Below are positions 54,092-54,178 of a stretch of 54,178 nt of DNA, in pieces; the stretch's first letter is position 1; each line of letters starts with the position of its first letter. The position numbers were made by a program, and so were the translations under genes. Under the pieces are notes generated by a model. The model was given only the letters and a program-made list of their open reading frames with translations. It searched no databases and was not told the origin of the DNA. Source of the stretch: Catajapyx aquilonaris (taxonomy: Eukaryota); assembly GCA_000934665.2 (NCBI GenBank), contig JYFJ02002612.1, forward strand, positions 1 through 54,178, in the 5' to 3' direction.

Positions 54092-54178
54092 GATTGCCCT
54101 ACATCCGACCTATGCCCAGCATCTCTGCAGTGGCTGGTGAACCTCTTTACATAACCTGCCCCGCGGCTGGATATCCAA
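54092..54178 (+). CDS. Dscam: Dscam exon 11 (partial, runs off the window): start of Ig6
   Basis: ctcttgtcaacag|, phase 1. Encodes GLPYIRPMPSISAVAGEPLYITCPAAGYP, a typical Dscam Ig6 N-terminus. Confidence 0.95.

Overview
Eukaryotic (very likely arthropod) genomic DNA carrying the 5' part of one large + strand Dscam-family gene. Eleven GT-AG exons splice in frame into about 546 aa: a signal peptide (MRDVLYILLLLLHGQGDA), Ig1 to Ig5 and the start of Ig6; the window ends inside the Ig6 exon. Four of these exons (1, 5, 6, 11) are missing from the ORF track. The half-domain exons corresponding to hypervariable exons 4 (Ig2) and 6 (Ig3) of insect Dscam1 appear here as single copies, and the Ig5/Ig6 sequence looks like the non-hypervariable Dscam2/Dscam4-type paralogs. 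The introns contain a 5'-truncated RTE/BovB-type LINE sitting inside an (AAT)n array, microsatellites, short repeat relics and four single-N assembly joins. I found no clear novel system. The best leads are a possible internal first exon in the 14 kb intron 8 (which would give an isoform lacking Ig1-4), two candidate cassette exons and a degenerate hammerhead-like motif. All of these are inferences that need RNA data.
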